Position numbers and translations under genes: made by a program. The notes beneath the pieces were generated by a model. The model saw only the letters and a list, made by a program, of their open reading frames with translations. It ran no database searches and was not told the origin of the DNA. This document shows positions 45,570-48,815 of a DNA stretch of 48,815 nt, piece by piece. Source of the DNA: a virus. Taxonomy: Duplodnaviria; Caudoviricetes. The stretch covers positions 1-48,815 of the IMG/VR virus record IMGVR_UViG_3300034171_000048. One strand, 5' to 3'. How positions within the stretch are numbered: position 1 is the stretch's first letter; every line of letters begins with the position of its first letter.

Positions 45570-45699
45570 GAAAATAGTACCACATAAGTATAATAAAAAT
45601 ATACTTATAATTTGATATTAATAATTAAAAAAATGGTAATTATATAAGTAGAGGTGTGGGTAAAAACTTCATCTCTTTATCAATTAAGGAGGTATTATT

Positions 45700-46056
45700 A
45701 TGGCATTGTTAACCATAAATTTAACAGCAGTAAAGACACCAAGCAAACTGCAAGTTGATATAAGTGATATAGATGGAGAAAGCACTAGAAATGCTAATGG
45801 AAATCTCATTAGAGATAGAATTGGAACTAAACGAAAATTAAATTGTGAGTTTCCTCCAATGAGCCAAAGTGATATGGCAACTTTACTTGGAGCAGTATCA
45901 GATGTATTTTTTGAAGTAACATATCAGGACCCAATATTAGGAGTAACAACAAAGACTTTTTATGTTGGAGATAGAAATTCTCCAATGTATAGATTTGGAA
46001 ATGGAACAACCGATTTATTATGGGAAAGTTTAAAAATGAATTTTGTAGAACAGTAG
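45700..46056 (+). CDS. Distal tail protein (Dit-like)
   Basis: RNANGNLIRDRI..KRKL...VTYQDP...FYVGDR. Confidence 0.7.
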   Translation: MALLTINLTAVKTPSKLQVDISDIDGESTRNANGNLIRDRIGTKRKLNCEFPPMSQSDMATLLGAVSDVFFEVTYQDPILGVTTKTFYVGDRNSPMYRFGNGTTDLLWESLKMNFVEQ

Positions 46057-46068
46057 GAGGTGTAAACT

Positions 46069-48351
46069 ATGTTTGATATAACATCAAATTTTTTAACAGA
46101 AATAAAAAAATCAACAAGAACAGTAAATGCTAGAATTGGAATTGGAGATATATTATATGATATAAATGGTAGTTTATTATATGATATAAATGATGAACAA
46201 TTATACTCTACTGAAAATCCAGAAGTATTTATGGATACAGATACAATAGTTGGTTTTGATATTGAAAGTTCATTTGGAAGTAATAATATTCCAACATTAG
46301 GTGGAGTTATATCTAACAAATTAATATTAGAATTTGTAAATACAGTAGATATACCATCTATTTTAGTGGGTGAACCATTAGTTGTATTTGTTGGAATTGA
46401 TGTAAATGGTATTTTTGAATGGGTTCAGATGGGAACATTTTATCCTAGTTATGGTGATGTAGTAAAAGGAAAATTAACAACTAAATTAGAAGCGTATGAT
46501 GTAATGATAGACTATGATAGTTATAGATATGATTCAGCTTTAGCTTTTCCTGCTACAATACAGGATATGATTTCTGAAATAACAACTGATTATGGAATAG
46601 TTTTTGAAATTCAAACTTTACCCTCTGTTAGTTTTCCAACAAAACCTATAGGAACTGTTAGACAAGTTATTGGAATGATAGCATCTTTATGCACAACAAA
46701 TGCTACTATAAATTGTTATGGAGAAGTATCGTTTAAGTTTTTAACTTATAGTGGATTTGGATTTGATGCAGATAATTATATTGATTTTAAATTAACTAGT
46801 GATACTATAGTTAGATTATCACAATTATCAATTACAACAGATGATGAAGAAGTTGATATAATAGCTGGGGATGGAACTGGATTTGCTTTAGAATTTGAAA
46901 ATAGTGCAATTACAAATAGTAGTGAATTACAAACAGTACTCAATAGGGAATTTCCATTAGAATTTTATGCATATAAATTAACTGCACAAGGTATGCCACA
47001 TTTACAAGTTGGTGATACAATTGAATTTACAGATTCACTAAATGTTATTAGAACTTTGGCCATTGTAAATCACAAGTTTTCGTATAATGGTGGAATGAAA
47101 AGTATATTTACAGTAGATTGTCCGAGTAGCACGAACACTACTATAACGATAACTGGAGGGTCAACTCTAACAAAGGCAATATCACAATCATATGCTGATT
47201 TAAATGTGGCAATCGCAAATGCAACCAATTTAATAACTGGCGCAGACGGTGGATATTTAAAAACACTATATGATAACATTAGTGGATTACCTTCTGGCTT
47301 AGCTATATCAGATAATGAAGATTTGGATTTAGCAAGTAAAGTATGGGTATGGAATGAGAATGGGTTTGGTTTTTCAAGCACAGGATACAGTGGAACGTAT
47401 GGACTAGCAATGACTATGGATGGTCAAATTGTAGCAGATTTTATAACAACTGGAACCTTGAATGCTGCTCTATTAAATGTAGAAAATTTAGTTGTAGGTG
47501 ATAATGTTACCATGGGTACTAATGCATATATATCTTGGGATAATGTAACTAGTCAACCATCAATTCCAACACAGTACACAGACCTAATGGCTTTAGATAC
47601 AATTAATGCAACTTATATAGATGTTAATGGTATCTGGACTCCTAGTGTATATGCTGAAAATATAAGTACACTTAATGCAAGTATATCTACTGCACAGATA
47701 GAAACTTTAACAGTAGGAACTAATGTAATTATGGGAGCAAATGCATATATATCTTGGGATAATGTAACTAGTCAACCAACAATACCAGTTCTTCCATCAT
47801 ATATACAATCCACTTATATAGATAGTACAACTATATACAGCCCAACAATAAGTGGCGGAACTATAACTGGTACAACAATAAGAACCTCAAACACAGCTGA
47901 TTATTTTTCAGTAAAAGACCAATATGTTGATTTCTATGCCGATAATATAAAAAATATTAGAATTGGAATTGATGAAACTTGGGCATACGATAAATATCCA
48001 TTTATTTCATTTGGTCCATATGCAGGAGACGTGCTTACTATGAAAAATTATATATGGTATGCACAAGGTAGTGTGGGTGGTCAAGATGGTGGTAAATTAA
48101 CTATGAAAGGTTCAGAGACATTGACTCTAATATCCAATGGTACAACAACAGTTAATGCTTCACAAGAAATATATATTAATGCACCAAGTGTTAATATAAA
48201 CGGTGGAGATATTATAAATTTACCAAACGGCTGTTTTTTAGAATGTTTGACAAACAGATTAATTTTACACGCAAATGCAGGTTCTTACTTAGACATAAGA
48301 GATACAGGCACATGGTTATATGCGAGCAGTGGAACAAGTAAACAACTTTAA
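46069..48351 (+). CDS. Tail tip / Tal-like protein with fibre extension
   Basis: PHLQVGD; WVWNENGFGFSSTGYSGTYGLAMTMDGQIVADFITTGTLNA; 39-bp internal repeat 47521/47740. Confidence 0.8.
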   Translation: MFDITSNFLTEIKKSTRTVNARIGIGDILYDINGSLLYDINDEQLYSTENPEVFMDTDTIVGFDIESSFGSNNIPTLGGVISNKLILEFVNTVDIPSILVGEPLVVFVGIDVNGIFEWVQMGTFYPSYGDVVKGKLTTKLEAYDVMIDYDSYRYDSALAFPATIQDMISEITTDYGIVFEIQTLPSVSFPTKPIGTVRQVIGMIASLCTTNATINCYGEVSFKFLTYSGFGFDADNYIDFKLTSDTIVRLSQLSITTDDEEVDIIAGDGTGFALEFENSAITNSSELQTVLNREFPLEFYAYKLTAQGMPHLQVGDTIEFTDSLNVIRTLAIVNHKFSYNGGMKSIFTVDCPSSTNTTITITGGSTLTKAISQSYADLNVAIANATNLITGADGGYLKTLYDNISGLPSGLAISDNEDLDLASKVWVWNENGFGFSSTGYSGTYGLAMTMDGQIVADFITTGTLNAALLNVENLVVGDNVTMGTNAYISWDNVTSQPSIPTQYTDLMALDTINATYIDVNGIWTPSVYAENISTLNASISTAQIETLTVGTNVIMGANAYISWDNVTSQPTIPVLPSYIQSTYIDSTTIYSPTISGGTITGTTIRTSNTADYFSVKDQYVDFYADNIKNIRIGIDETWAYDKYPFISFGPYAGDVLTMKNYIWYAQGSVGGQDGGKLTMKGSETLTLISNGTTTVNASQEIYINAPSVNINGGDIINLPNGCFLECLTNRLILHANAGSYLDIRDTGTWLYASSGTSKQL

Positions 48352-48371
48352 AAAAATAGGAGGAATATAAA

Positions 48372-48581
48372 ATGGTAGTGGAAAGAAGTATAAATTTAAA
48401 AATTGAAGATGCAAAAGCAAGTATTTTAAAGGAAATGGTGAGTGCAAAACTTCCAGCAACTATACTAAGACTTATTCTAATAGAAATAAAACAAATAATT
48501 GATAATGAAACAAGTGAGATAATTAAAAAAGAACAAGTAGACTATCAAGAACAGGTAACAAAAACCATGGCAGAAAAATAA
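48372..48581 (+). CDS. Small conserved tail-module protein
   Basis: SD AGGAGG; helical, LPATILRLIL. Confidence 0.65.
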   Translation: MVVERSINLKIEDAKASILKEMVSAKLPATILRLILIEIKQIIDNETSEIIKKEQVDYQEQVTKTMAEK

Positions 48582-48661
48582 ATGGTATAAAATATTATGT
48601 GGGTTCGTTGGTAATAATACTATGAATCCACATATTAAATAAAAGGTTGGAGGTATTAATT

Positions 48662-48815
48662 ATGGTAAATAAAGTAACCATTAATGCAGGACATGGTGGG
48701 TATGACAATGGTGCAAATAGAGGTAGTGTTTATGAGAAAACTGTAAACCTAAAGGTTGCATTAAAGTTAAAGAAATTCTTAGTTGACCAAGGAATTGATG
48801 TTATCATGACAAGAA
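48662..48815 (+). CDS. N-terminus of endolysin (continues at window start)
   Basis: SD GGAGGT; MVNKVTINAGHGG. Confidence 0.9.
   Translation, partial: MVNKVTINAGHGGYDNGANRGSVYEKTVNLKVALKLKKFLVDQGIDVIMTR

Noticed and set aside
47521-47778. 39-bp repeat in Tal as DGR TR/VR pair
   Set aside because: Exact in-frame repeat, no adenine-specific differences, no reverse transcriptase gene
48689-48815. 127-bp terminal direct repeat as a biological DTR
   Set aside because: It falls mid-gene and its length equals a common assembler k-mer; it indicates circular assembly
1-48815. Stop-codon recoding or lysogeny module
   Set aside because: Core genes are full length in code 11, the tRNA is not a suppressor, and no integrase, repressor or ParA is recognisable

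Overview
The window is a complete, circularised genome (48,688 bp; bases 1-127 repeat at 48689-48815, an assembly overlap that cuts the endolysin gene) of an AT-rich siphovirus. The host is probably an anaerobic Firmicute (Clostridia-like), inferred from the class III RNR, sigma-A promoters, strong SD sequences and CodY/sigma-54-like sites. I see no integrase, repressor or partition genes, and almost everything is on the + strand. Gene order: lysis; two paralogous sigma-like genes; recombination/replication (ERCC4 nuclease, RecT, PD-(D/E)XK exonuclease, HD protein, SSB, tRNA-Thr, PolB, primase-SF3 helicase); nucleotide metabolism (ThyX, two glutaredoxins, NrdDG, dUTPase) with an orphan MazF; many small accessory ORFs; terS; a ~4.6 kb insert; terL; head; three paralogous tail tubes; TMP; tailspike; Dit; Tal. 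The most unusual signal is in the terS-terL insert: ~350 bp of noncoding DNA made of back-to-back lookalikes of binding sites for different host regulators (Fur, LacI/CcpA core, CodY, sigma-54, ArgR half-sites, LexA). It sits between an 11-bp iteron array and five tandem sigma-A promoters at the inferred first-injected genome end. Other highlights are a Trp-rich leader peptide (MWFWLWW) before the holin genes, two candidate structured ncRNAs, twin origin-like elements, a lone minus-strand operon of two membrane micropeptides, and one 112-aa domain inserted into two different virion proteins. All calls are by eye from motifs; no database searches were run.
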